Positions 29,403-39,350 of a stretch of 64,000 bases of DNA are shown here, one piece after another. How positions within the stretch are numbered: the stretch's first letter is position 1; every line of letters begins with the position of its first letter. This stretch comes from Candidatus Poseidoniaceae archaeon (lineage in GTDB: Archaea > Thermoplasmatota > Poseidoniia > Poseidoniales > Poseidoniaceae), in NCBI GenBank assembly GCA_965662895.1, contig CBFIJH010000001.1, positions 1 through 64,000 of the forward strand. The letters are read 5' to 3'. A program made the translations under genes and the position numbers. Below the pieces are notes generated by a model. That model searched no databases, had not been told where the DNA came from, and saw only the letters and a program-made list of their open reading frames with translations.

Positions 29403-31788
29403 ATTCGTGGGGTGGATTCTCGATGCTCACCTCTGTTCGGCACAATTGGAAATGCTCGTATGGATTGTTTCAGAAGCGGGTCCAGTGATTTCATTTCGTG
29501 AGGCATGGCATCCGACTCTCCACGTGTCTGGGCATCCAGACGATCTTCAGAACTTGGCTGACTGGTTGTCGCAGCCAGAACTCCGTCTTCGTTACGGAGT
29601 TCAGCATTTTGCGTTTGAAATGAAGCGAACGGAGTTGGGGTCGTTTGATGCGAGGCATTTGCTTAGCATCACGCTCCGATCATGCGCAACATTACGCTCC
29701 TTAGCAGAACACATCGATGCACGAGGTGGACACGTTCGTTTTACGTTGTATTCGGTTGATGTACGACCAGAGCAACAGTATCTCACTGCGAAACGATTGA
29801 CCATTGGCTCGCCAGTGCAACTTCAGGACAATCAGTTGGTGCCGTTTGAAGGGAATTGTGAGCGAAGAGATTGGCGATGTTGTCGACTTGAGGTTGTTCT
29901 TCAGAAACATGGCTCTGGTTCAACATTGGTGAACCAACCGTCCAAAATCCGTGTCGTTCCATGCGACACGTCGGGTAATATCACTGGAACTGAATCCGTG
30001 TTCAAACTCTCCCAATACGGACAACTTTCCGCATTCGAACGGTGGTTCAGGAAGTTTGACCCCGATCTCGTTCTTTCGGTCCGTGGGAATACAGAAGCAT
30101 TCCCCCATCTTCTTTCCTATCTTGAGGCGAAGAACGTCGCGCTTCATCTTGGGCGTAATGACACGCCGCTTCGACAAATTGGCTCGACGCGAATTCTCTC
30201 GTCCTATGGCAACATTTTACGCAGCGACCCTCAGTTCCCTCTTGAAGGCCGTATTCACATCGACTTCTCTTCGAGTTTTATGTTTCGTGAAGGCGGGCTT
30301 GATGGCCTGTATGAACTCGCTCATGTTTCTGCTACACGCATCGGTGATGCAGCGAGAAAATCTCCTGGTTCGGTCATCAGTGCTATCCAATATCGGGTGG
30401 CGATGGAAGATGGTGTGCTCGTACCTTGGAAGAAGACTCGACCAGAAGACACGAAATCAGCTTGGGATTTGTTGCAGTCCGATCGTGGAGGGCTCTATCT
30501 GGACAGTCGTCCCGGTGTTTATTCAAACGTCATCGAACTTGATTTTGCAAGCCTCTTCCCAAGCATTATTGCAACACGTAATATCTCTCCTGAGACCCTG
30601 AATTGCAGTTGTTGTCAACCCACCGCGAACAGCCCACCTTTACCGCTCCATCCAGATGAAGCCAAGAAACGGTTTCAAGTACAGGAACATCAATGGAAAT
30701 CTGCGAGTCTCGCCTTTCCCCAACAGTGTTCAACTGCTTTTCAGGTTCCCGAGCTTATGACACATACGTGTGGACGGCGTCACGGATTTCTCGGTCGTGT
30801 TGTGGCTCCCCTTATCGAACGTCGCCGCCGTCTCAAACAACAAAGCGTTACCAAGGGTGATGCAGCAGATCGTCAACAAAATGCTCTCAAATGGCTGTTG
30901 GTTACCTGTTTTGGTTACACGGGTTATCGGAATGCACGTTTTGGACGAATTGAGGCCCATGAAGCCATATGTGCGTGGGCTCGAGAACTTCTTTTGCAAA
31001 CGATTGAACATGCACAAAAGCGAGGATGGGAGGTTTTGCATGCCATTGTTGATTCCGTTTGGATTCGAGATATGAAAGGACGTTCGCTTGAAGAGCAACA
31101 CGATTCCGCTATGGAATTGGCGCATCATGTGCATGCTGCTACTGGAATACCTCTGGAATACGAAGCCACATATCGTTGCATTGCGTTCCTACCCAGCCGA
31201 ATGCATAGTGGAGGTTCACTAACGAAATACTGGGCTTATGGGGATGCGGGTATGAAAGTCCGTGGTTTGGAATTACGGCAACACTCAACCTGTGCGTGGA
31301 TTGTCCGATTGCAGAAACAAGCATTGCAACTCCTTGCAGATTCAACCGATCTCGTCGACGGCATTCCGAGTTATCGTGAGCAATCTCGTGTTCGACGTCT
31401 TCTTCTTGATGCGGTGAATGAATTGGAACAACTGAAGATTCTTCCACGTGACTTGATTATTGCACAACGGATTTCCAGAAAACCGACATCAAATTCTTCA
31501 CAGACCGTTGCAATGGCCGCCTATCGACGATGTGAACATCTTGGCTTCCCGGTTGAAATGGCTTCCAAGGTTCGTTTTGTTGTTTGCCCGAAAGATCAGA
31601 GAAATCCATTGCAGCGCGTCCTTCTTGCTCAGGAATGTGAACATCTTACGCATCCCCTCCGTTCCATCGATGTCGATTATTATCGGCGCTTAGCAGTACG
31701 TGCAATATGGGCGATTTTGGGTCCGTTTGGATGGCTCGAAGACGACCTCCTCAAGCCATCAGTTGTCCGTCTTGATCGTTGGATGTAA
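29392..31788 (+). CDS. polB2: family B DNA polymerase, PolB2 group
   Basis: DRGGLY, motif A DFASLFPSII-RNISPET, motif B QNALKWLLVTCFGYTG, FGRIEAHEAICAWAR, variant motif C HAIVDSVW (for YGDTD), KVRGLELRQ; no recognisable proofreading motifs. Confidence 0.9.
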   Translation: MGDEFVGWILDAHLCSAQLEMLVWIVSEAGPVISFREAWHPTLHVSGHPDDLQNLADWLSQPELRLRYGVQHFAFEMKRTELGSFDARHLLSITLRSCATLRSLAEHIDARGGHVRFTLYSVDVRPEQQYLTAKRLTIGSPVQLQDNQLVPFEGNCERRDWRCCRLEVVLQKHGSGSTLVNQPSKIRVVPCDTSGNITGTESVFKLSQYGQLSAFERWFRKFDPDLVLSVRGNTEAFPHLLSYLEAKNVALHLGRNDTPLRQIGSTRILSSYGNILRSDPQFPLEGRIHIDFSSSFMFREGGLDGLYELAHVSATRIGDAARKSPGSVISAIQYRVAMEDGVLVPWKKTRPEDTKSAWDLLQSDRGGLYLDSRPGVYSNVIELDFASLFPSIIATRNISPETLNCSCCQPTANSPPLPLHPDEAKKRFQVQEHQWKSASLAFPQQCSTAFQVPELMTHTCGRRHGFLGRVVAPLIERRRRLKQQSVTKGDAADRQQNALKWLLVTCFGYTGYRNARFGRIEAHEAICAWARELLLQTIEHAQKRGWEVLHAIVDSVWIRDMKGRSLEEQHDSAMELAHHVHAATGIPLEYEATYRCIAFLPSRMHSGGSLTKYWAYGDAGMKVRGLELRQHSTCAWIVRLQKQALQLLADSTDLVDGIPSYREQSRVRRLLLDAVNELEQLKILPRDLIIAQRISRKPTSNSSQTVAMAAYRRCEHLGFPVEMASKVRFVVCPKDQRNPLQRVLLAQECEHLTHPLRSIDVDYYRRLAVRAIWAILGPFGWLEDDLLKPSVVRLDRWM

Positions 31789-32437
31789 CTCGCTTCAATG
31801 ATTGTCCAATGGTTTGATGATCAATCGGTTGAAGGTCGATGCGATAGCGTTCTTGACTGTTTGAGATATGGAGTCGTTTTCGATTTCGATCAGCCCACTT
31901 TCCTTGCAGTTTCTGGCTGAGATAAGGCCGCATGGTATGCTTGAGTTGATTATGCAGTGGTGATGTTGTCCGTCCATCAAGAATTACAACACTGCAATGT
32001 TTCGATACGTTCGCAAGACATGCTAAACAATGACGCAAAATTGAACGTGATTCAAATCGCTTAATTTGTTCGTCGAGAAACATCGCCATCATCCCATCGA
32101 TGACGATAATGGAAGCTCGCGTGAGTGCAACTTCGTGTTCGATTCTCTCGATAAGTGCATGGAGTTGGTGCAATGTGAAACCTCGTCCAATGTACAAGCG
32201 ACGTAAACTTTCTTCGATGGAACAATTCAATGCACGCATAGCTGGGAAAAATCCACAGGGGTCAAATCTGTGGCTTCCATCAATCCAGTGTACTGCATGT
32301 CCTTGAGAGAGAAGCAATGCAGTCCAATCCTGAACGACAGTACGGACCTCCTTGCCAAAAAACCCGGGTCCTTCAAACAGCGTTATTCCTGACGACGGAA
32401 TCTGCAACTCCTCACTGGTCTGGCTGACTGGAAACAT
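31751..32437 (-). CDS. degenerate RadA/RecA-like P-loop protein (PolB2-associated, ImuA-like)
   Basis: Walker A variant GPGFFGKE, WIDGSHRFDP, IGRGFTLHQL, Walker B IIVIDG; no N-terminal HhH domain; GGTGAG upstream. Confidence 0.8.
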   Translation of the reverse strand: MFPVSQTSEELQIPSSGITLFEGPGFFGKEVRTVVQDWTALLLSQGHAVHWIDGSHRFDPCGFFPAMRALNCSIEESLRRLYIGRGFTLHQLHALIERIEHEVALTRASIIVIDGMMAMFLDEQIKRFESRSILRHCLACLANVSKHCSVVILDGRTTSPLHNQLKHTMRPYLSQKLQGKWADRNRKRLHISNSQERYRIDLQPIDHQTIGQSLKRVTSNDQDGQLMA

Positions 32438-32546
32438 TCACTCACCGAGTATTGTCAATCGTTGGATTCAAACCATAGTGTTTTTCCAGAGGGTAATCAA
32501 AAAGTGAAGGATGAATTTCAAACACTGTCGACAATTGTAGTGACTT

Positions 32547-33659
32547 GTGCGCAATGAACGAATTCTGATCCATTGCGATCTTGATGCGTTTTTCGCATCC
32601 GTGGAAATTCTGCATCATGGATTTCCGGAAGACGAACCGCTCATCATTGGTTCCGACCCAATGCAGGGACGTGGACGAGGAATTGTATCAACATGCAATT
32701 ATGCGGCGAGAGAATACGGTGTTCGCTCTGCAATGCCGATTTCAGAAGCTTGGCGGAGGTGTCCTGGGCACCCATTTGGACCCGCTCGATACATCCGTGG
32801 GACACGTTCATTGTATTCGATGGCATCTCGTAGAGTTATGAAATTGTTACGAAATGCATCGGATAAATTTGAGCAAGCAAGTATTGATGAAGCCTATCTC
32901 GATGTGACGGAGAACGTTGGCAGTGACTGGGATGAGGCAATGGCACTTGCACGGCGCCTCCAGCGGAAAATTCAGGAACGGGTTGGGTTAACAGCTTCGT
33001 TTGGAATTGCCTCGACGCGTATTGTGGCCAAAATGTCTTCTGAAATCAACAAGCCAAATGGGATACATCGGGTCCTCCCCGACGAGATATCAGAATTTTT
33101 TGAACAAAGATCGGTTCGTGAGGTACCCGGTATAGGTCCAAAAACGGCCAGTGCTCTCGCAGAGTGGGGCATCACAACAATCGATGAGGCAGCAGAACTA
33201 GGCGAATTAGCACTTGGACGCATGACATCTCCAAGGTTTGCCTCATGGTTGTTGCGGGTCGTTGAGGGTTCAACCTCCAATGAAGTAAGTCCATTGCGAT
33301 CACGTCGCTCGATTGGGAAAGAGCGAACGTTTTCTCACGACCAAAGTGATCACGAACACGTGCTGCAACTGTTGGAACAACTAACGATTGGCGTCATGGA
33401 AAAAGCACGGACAGAGGGGATTGCAGGACGTTTGGCCGAAGTCAAGATTCGCTACACCGGATTTGAAACCCATACGCACGGTCGTTCAATTCCAGTTGCG
33501 ATGGATGATACGGAGGTCTTTTTGCGTCAAATTCGCCGACTTTTTGCTGAAAATGTTCATCAAGACGAGAACATTCGACTTATCGGTTTTCGTTTAGGAC
33601 AACTCGAAGAATTAGATTTCCGACAAACGACATTGGTATTCGATGATGAATCAGAGTAG
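32547..33659 (+). CDS. dinB: Y-family DNA polymerase IV (DinB/Dpo4)
   Basis: HCDLDAFFASVE, STCNYAAREYGVRSAMP, SIDEAYLD, AKMSSEINKPNG, VPGIGPKT, SIGKERTF, IRLIG; GTG start. Confidence 0.95.
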   Translation: MRNERILIHCDLDAFFASVEILHHGFPEDEPLIIGSDPMQGRGRGIVSTCNYAAREYGVRSAMPISEAWRRCPGHPFGPARYIRGTRSLYSMASRRVMKLLRNASDKFEQASIDEAYLDVTENVGSDWDEAMALARRLQRKIQERVGLTASFGIASTRIVAKMSSEINKPNGIHRVLPDEISEFFEQRSVREVPGIGPKTASALAEWGITTIDEAAELGELALGRMTSPRFASWLLRVVEGSTSNEVSPLRSRRSIGKERTFSHDQSDHEHVLQLLEQLTIGVMEKARTEGIAGRLAEVKIRYTGFETHTHGRSIPVAMDDTEVFLRQIRRLFAENVHQDENIRLIGFRLGQLEELDFRQTTLVFDDESE

Positions 33660-36113
33660 TTTGTGCATGCGTGTGAGCGTTTCTCGGAATGCTTCCAATG
33701 ATTCGGGAATGTCAATGCCAGTAATTTCAGCGTTGAGAGACAACCCGTTTTCCTTTTTGGTTTTCCAAACTTCGCTGTTGAATGCTTCAATGTCTGCAGT
33801 TTTTGCGTTCAGTTCAGATTGGATGCCCGGGACTCCAGGAAATGCATCCACATCCACAGCACTCGTCCCATACAACGTCATGGAGATGTGATGACAAAAG
33901 AATGGACACACTGGGCTAAATGCTGCAAGGAACTTTTGCAAGATCAAATGAATGGTCCACGCTGCATGTTCATCACCATCATAGAGTCTCGACTTCGCCA
34001 TTTCCAGCCAATGTGAGGGTAAAACACCCGTTCCAAAGGACTTGAGTGCTTGGGTTGCCGTGTAAATGTCGAGGTCCTTCCATGCGGATTCAACAGTATG
34101 CATCATTTCCGCAAATTCAGATTGAATCCATACGTCTTCAATCGGATAATCTGTTGATGGTTCGTGTTCAGGACGATCAAATTGGCTTGCAAAGCGAGCA
34201 ACATTGAAGATTTTTGTTAAGACGCCAAAATACTTTGATTCGATTTCTTCGGGGTTAATATGGAAATCATCACCAACTTGTGCTTCACAAGCTTTCCACA
34301 ATCGGAAACATTCACTTCCAATTTTGTTCGCTTTTAGTTGGACAGAACCATCGGGACCACGGACTTTCCATGAACCGGTTCTTCCTCCTGCTCCGCACTC
34401 AAGGACGCTGTCAGCATCGATTCCATTGCCCAATGATTTTGACATTTTGCGACCCCACGGATCCATGCCAAGTCCATCAATCCAAACGTGCTTAAAACCA
34501 GGTTTGTCGAGTAGGAGTGCAGATTTCAGGAGCGTGTAATACAACCATGTTCGAACAATTTCTTTGCCCTGTGGTCGCAATCCAGTGGGAAAGGCATTTT
34601 CAAAAACTTCTGGTTGGTTCAAGTATCCACTCACGAAAAGATTGGAATTTGAAGAATCCATCCATGTGTCAAAGACTTTTTCTTCGCCCCGGATTGCACC
34701 CATTTCGGATACAAGAACCGAATACAAGCCGATATCTTCTCGTGTGTCTCGTCGCAATACTCTGGAGCCTTCTGGAGGTGAATCTTTCCATGGTTGTACA
34801 TAGGTTCCGGCCGGAGGTACAATGATGTGCGTTTCATCTTCTGAATACCAAATTGGAATTTCCGTGTGGTACCAACGCCTGCGAGAAATTGGCCAATCGA
34901 TGCTGATGTTTTCCATCCAGTCCAGCAAAAATTGGCGATTGCGAGGCGGATGGAATTCAATTTCCTGAACCAGTTCTAGAAGACGATCTTGAACGTGGGT
35001 TTGGCGAACGTACCATTCTTTGAGGAGAATAATTTCGACAGGATTTTTTCCCCTTTCGGAAACTGGAATCTCTTGCTGACGTTCTTCGATGGAAACAATG
35101 TGGCCATTTGCTTCAAGCAATTCGATGGCCTTCCCCCTTGCTTCGATAACTTTCAATCCCTCCAATGGGCCTGCAACCGAGGTCATGCAGCCGTTCAAGT
35201 CAATAGCTTGGTAGGGAGACAATGCAAGTTCCCTGAACACAGCCACGTCGTTTTGATCACCAAAGGAACAGACCATGAGAATACCACTACCGAAATCAGA
35301 TTTCACAGACGGATGCGTTTTGATTTCGACGAACGCTTCTCGTCCATGGACAGGCATTGGTAGAAGAACGCGTTTCCCTACGAGGTGCTCATATCGCTCA
35401 TCATCGGGATGGACAACAACCACACCACATGCGCAAATCATCTCAGGTCGGGTTGTTGATATGACCAGTTCCTCGCCATCCTCTGTTTTCCATCGGACGT
35501 CCACAAGTTTTGTTTTCCGTCCAACGCGCTCAACTTCTGCATCCGCGATTGTCGTTCCTTCCACTGGATCGTAGATGTTTGGACGCAAATCTTCAACGAT
35601 ATCTCCTTTCTTGAAGAGTTCAATAAAGATCGATTGCGTGACAGAGCGGTAATCTGGAGCGTCGGTCAGATATTCTGCTGCAAAATCACAGGATAATCCA
35701 ACGCGTGCTGCAGTTTTTCGCATGGCCTGAGTGAAGGTTTCGATGGTTTCCCTGCACAGGTCCAGAAATTCTTCTCTATCGTAGGTTTTCATCTTGCGTT
35801 TGGTATTTTTTTCGACCGTAAATTCGATGTTGATTCCGTTTCGATCGACTCCCCAAGGAAAGTAAACCTCTTTTCCAAGAAGACGTTGTGAGCGTGCGAG
35901 AACATCAATCATCGAGTACTGGGCGACTGCTCCAATGTGCCACGTTCCTGAGGGATATGGAGGAGGCGTATCAATCACAAAAATTGGTTTCCCGCTTTCT
36001 GGTTTGAACCCATATCGCTCTTGATACAGGTTTTCGTTCGCGTAATGCTCCTCTTGGATTTTCTTTTCGAGGTCAATTGACCATCGTTTTTCCGGAAGTC
36101 GTGGTGATCCCAT
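33651..36113 (-). CDS. valS: valine--tRNA ligase (archaeal type)
   Basis: IDTPPPYPSG, HIGA, STTRPE, DWPISRRR, VFDTWMDSS, RPQGKEIVRTW, KMSKS. Confidence 0.95.
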   Translation of the reverse strand: MGSPRLPEKRWSIDLEKKIQEEHYANENLYQERYGFKPESGKPIFVIDTPPPYPSGTWHIGAVAQYSMIDVLARSQRLLGKEVYFPWGVDRNGINIEFTVEKNTKRKMKTYDREEFLDLCRETIETFTQAMRKTAARVGLSCDFAAEYLTDAPDYRSVTQSIFIELFKKGDIVEDLRPNIYDPVEGTTIADAEVERVGRKTKLVDVRWKTEDGEELVISTTRPEMICACGVVVVHPDDERYEHLVGKRVLLPMPVHGREAFVEIKTHPSVKSDFGSGILMVCSFGDQNDVAVFRELALSPYQAIDLNGCMTSVAGPLEGLKVIEARGKAIELLEANGHIVSIEERQQEIPVSERGKNPVEIILLKEWYVRQTHVQDRLLELVQEIEFHPPRNRQFLLDWMENISIDWPISRRRWYHTEIPIWYSEDETHIIVPPAGTYVQPWKDSPPEGSRVLRRDTREDIGLYSVLVSEMGAIRGEEKVFDTWMDSSNSNLFVSGYLNQPEVFENAFPTGLRPQGKEIVRTWLYYTLLKSALLLDKPGFKHVWIDGLGMDPWGRKMSKSLGNGIDADSVLECGAGGRTGSWKVRGPDGSVQLKANKIGSECFRLWKACEAQVGDDFHINPEEIESKYFGVLTKIFNVARFASQFDRPEHEPSTDYPIEDVWIQSEFAEMMHTVESAWKDLDIYTATQALKSFGTGVLPSHWLEMAKSRLYDGDEHAAWTIHLILQKFLAAFSPVCPFFCHHISMTLYGTSAVDVDAFPGVPGIQSELNAKTADIEAFNSEVWKTKKENGLSLNAEITGIDIPESLEAFRETLTRMHKLL

Positions 36114-36246
36114 GCTAAACACCGGCCCAGGCCCCAGTTACCGGGGGGGTCCAATGTGTCCTGTTGGTGTAGGTTTTTCAACGGTTCCCTCACATCTAAA
36201 CGGCAATGCTTTCAATGAAGGACTCGAGGCGATGTTGGGCTGCATC

Positions 36247-39200
36247 ATGTCGGATGACTTCGATGAGGAAACTTCTGCTTCCGATGAGGCAGATGTTGGC
36301 CGTATTCAGGCGATTGCAGAATACAGCAAAAACAGAATGAGAGTTGCGTCGGTTGACATATCTGCTCGTGTTCGGGATTTCAACGCAAAAAAGGCGGTTG
36401 ATGCCGTGCTTGAAGCGCCCAAGAGATTGAAACGCGAATGGCAAAAATCTGGGGCAACTGGCGCTATTACTCGGTTTCCTATTGCCACTGTCGCTCTGTT
36501 TCTTATGATTACGCTGTATTTTGTGACCACCTCTGGTTTTCTTGATGACACTCAATTTGACGATGATCCAAACGAGCCTGCTCTCAATGTTAACGGGGAT
36601 ATGGAAGTGTACCTCCCAGACGGTAGTGAAGTCAAAGAATTGATCGGTATGGTTGAGAGAGATTGGACAACCAACGTCATGGTTGTTTACATTGAATCGG
36701 ATAAAAATAACATTACAGATCAACGAATTCTCCAAGAAATCAGCTACGTTGAGAAGAGCCTGAATCCATACATTTCCGACAATGAAAGCGACGATGTGAT
36801 TTACATTTTGTCAATTTCAACAGTACTCAAAGAAATTAATTCGAGTCTTCCAAGAGTTCGTGATGCATTCATAACAGAACTTGGAAAGCAATGCCCAAGC
36901 GCTCAAGAAGTTTGTGAAAATTTTGCCGATAGCGTCATCACTGCCCTTTCCGCAGGTGATGACCAATTCGCTGGTGGTTACGAAATACCATCTCAAACCA
37001 CAATCGATCTCATCATTGGCGAAATGTACGAAAACGATGGATCACCGACGCCGGGTCTTGACAAATTAGCAAGGAATACCAACCCCTGCAGTGCATCTCC
37101 AGGGGACGAAGGTGCCGATGACAACGGTTGTTTGGGTGGAGAAGACATCAAACTCGATCGTGCGATTATGGCCGTAGCTGTCGTCGATACTATTGAGGCC
37201 AAAGACATCATCAAGGCCACTCAAGAACGTTTGGACAACATATCCGTCGAGGAACGCCCTTGTGAATTTGACCAAAATGGAAACCCTGCGAATGCAGACC
37301 GCTGCACTTGGGAAGACCTTGGTCTCAAAATGACACTGACCGGGCCTGTTCCGATTACAAATTCAGTTACAGAATTCTCATTCCGACTGTTTTGGGAAAT
37401 CTTCCCGATGGCTGTTGTCCTCGTTGCCATTGGATTGTTTGTCTTCCACTCAGACTTACTCCAAGCAGGAATTTCAGGAATTCGTCCAATACAGGGTATC
37501 AAGGTTGTAATTATCGCAGGACTACCTACACTCTGTGCGGTATTTTGGACGTTAGGAATTATTGGGGCATCGAATTATGAGGTCACAATGACGGTCATCA
37601 TTGTCGGTCCTATTCTCCTTGCTCTCGGGGTCTCATACGGCCTTCACATTACCAACCGGTATGCCGAAGAGGAAGGAACACGGACAGAGAAAATGAGAGC
37701 TTCTATGCAATCCACTGGTCGAGCAGTCTTCTTATCTGCTGTGACAACTGTAATCGGTTTCATTTCGCTTATTTTCACTCCAATGGCACCGATTAAAACG
37801 GTTGGAATCGCTCTTTCAGGGGGCATTGTTGTTGTGTACATTCTCACCATGTTCATGGTTCCGAACTTAACGCTCATCTTGGACCTAAGGAAGCCCAAAC
37901 ACCCACCGCTCAAAGTTTTCGATACCGCCGTTGACGTGCCTGTGAAGCGAAATAAGAGCGTCATCGGTTTCTTTCTCATTCTGGTTTTGGTATCGGCAAC
38001 CCTTGGTCAAGCCAATGTCGAGGAAAACATCGACTTGCTTGGAATGGCTCCGGAAGGTGAACAGCCGGTCATTAAGATGAAACAATACAGCGAAGAATTC
38101 AATGCCGGACAAATCGGTATGGTCTTGATTCACGCAAATGTATCGGGAGATGTGACAGATAACGATGTGACAAACGATGATCCCGCGCAGAATCTGAAGA
38201 TTATCGATGGTTTAGAGCGCAACCTCAACACAGTTGAAAATGCCTCTGCAGTATCTGTAGTCTTCTTGATGAAGGCGACTGGTATCGCGCCAACGCTTGA
38301 TGGCCAACCGATCCTTTCCCAACTCCAAGAAACTCCTGGATACGATTTGCTCCCCGAAGATATTCGTGATACCTTTGAGGTATTGCTCGACCGTCAAGTG
38401 ACACAAGGTGCAACATTCTGGGATTTACTGACCACACCAGAAGAATTTGGATTGCCGGGGTCAACGCAAAGCCAAATCTTCCTTTTGGATGTCTTCTATT
38501 CTTCGTTAACAAAAGAAATGCGAGAAATTTTCATCAATTCCGATTACGATCGGACGTTGATTTACATCGATATGCCGTTTATTCCGGTAGCAGACACTGC
38601 CATAGCGGTTGAACAAATTAACGAATATTCTGAGGGATTCCAAGGAACACATCAAGAACGTGCAGAGAAGTTAACAGGTGTTGCTGCCACTGCCATAGAA
38701 GTCAATAAATTGATTGTCGATTCTCAGTGGACCTCACTTGGATTCGCTATCGTTCTTACGCTGATTGTACTTGCTATCGTGTTTCGAGATATACGCTACT
38801 CGCTCTTGACGACTTCCCCTGTTATTGCTACGGTTGCATTGCAATGGTTGGTTATGTGGCAAATGGATGTACCGTTGTCGCTGGTTACAGTGATGATTGG
38901 TTCAATTTTGGTCGGTGTTGGTGTAGACTTTTCAATTCACATTGCGAATCGAATCAGGGAACTTGGTGGCGGTATCAACGCAATTCGCTCAGCTGCAGTT
39001 GGAACTGGTATGTCGCTGTTCGAGGCTGCGGTTGTCACATCCCTCGGTATGTTCACAGCCTACCAAATCCCTATTCCTGAGATCAAACCGTTCGTAACCG
39101 TGATTCTTATTCTCCTTTGGGTAGCTGCAGCGAGTGCCTTGTTCTTGCTGCCTGCGATTTTTGTAACATTGGAAAAGTTCGGAATTGGTGTGGTTGGTGG

Positions 39201-39309
39201 TCCTTCATCCATGTCACGGCGGCTCGGGTTAGGGAAAATAAAGGCCGACGACCCCGATGTGTTGGAAGCGGTTCTCGTTGTTGATTCACGCAACAAGGAA
39301 GCGTGGTGA
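36247..39309 (+). CDS. RND/MMPL-family transporter
   Basis: Two extracellular domains each followed by a TM bundle; ILLALGVSYGLHITNRY, GRAVFLSAVTTVIGF, GVGVDFSIHIANR. Confidence 0.88.
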   Translation: MSDDFDEETSASDEADVGRIQAIAEYSKNRMRVASVDISARVRDFNAKKAVDAVLEAPKRLKREWQKSGATGAITRFPIATVALFLMITLYFVTTSGFLDDTQFDDDPNEPALNVNGDMEVYLPDGSEVKELIGMVERDWTTNVMVVYIESDKNNITDQRILQEISYVEKSLNPYISDNESDDVIYILSISTVLKEINSSLPRVRDAFITELGKQCPSAQEVCENFADSVITALSAGDDQFAGGYEIPSQTTIDLIIGEMYENDGSPTPGLDKLARNTNPCSASPGDEGADDNGCLGGEDIKLDRAIMAVAVVDTIEAKDIIKATQERLDNISVEERPCEFDQNGNPANADRCTWEDLGLKMTLTGPVPITNSVTEFSFRLFWEIFPMAVVLVAIGLFVFHSDLLQAGISGIRPIQGIKVVIIAGLPTLCAVFWTLGIIGASNYEVTMTVIIVGPILLALGVSYGLHITNRYAEEEGTRTEKMRASMQSTGRAVFLSAVTTVIGFISLIFTPMAPIKTVGIALSGGIVVVYILTMFMVPNLTLILDLRKPKHPPLKVFDTAVDVPVKRNKSVIGFFLILVLVSATLGQANVEENIDLLGMAPEGEQPVIKMKQYSEEFNAGQIGMVLIHANVSGDVTDNDVTNDDPAQNLKIIDGLERNLNTVENASAVSVVFLMKATGIAPTLDGQPILSQLQETPGYDLLPEDIRDTFEVLLDRQVTQGATFWDLLTTPEEFGLPGSTQSQIFLLDVFYSSLTKEMREIFINSDYDRTLIYIDMPFIPVADTAIAVEQINEYSEGFQGTHQERAEKLTGVAATAIEVNKLIVDSQWTSLGFAIVLTLIVLAIVFRDIRYSLLTTSPVIATVALQWLVMWQMDVPLSLVTVMIGSILVGVGVDFSIHIANRIRELGGGINAIRSAAVGTGMSLFEAAVVTSLGMFTAYQIPIPEIKPFVTVILILLWVAAASALFLLPAIFVTLEKFGIGVVGGPSSMSRRLGLGKIKADDPDVLEAVLVVDSRNKEAW

Positions 39310-39350
39310 AGCCAAGCAAAGGGATAAGACCTATGTACCAATCAACAAAC

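Noticed and set aside
29392-31788. PolB2 as pseudogene, replicative PolB or casposon/viral polymerase
   Set aside because: Intact frame; motif changes are those typical of the PolB2 group; no Cas1, integrase, terminal repeats or capsid genes nearby
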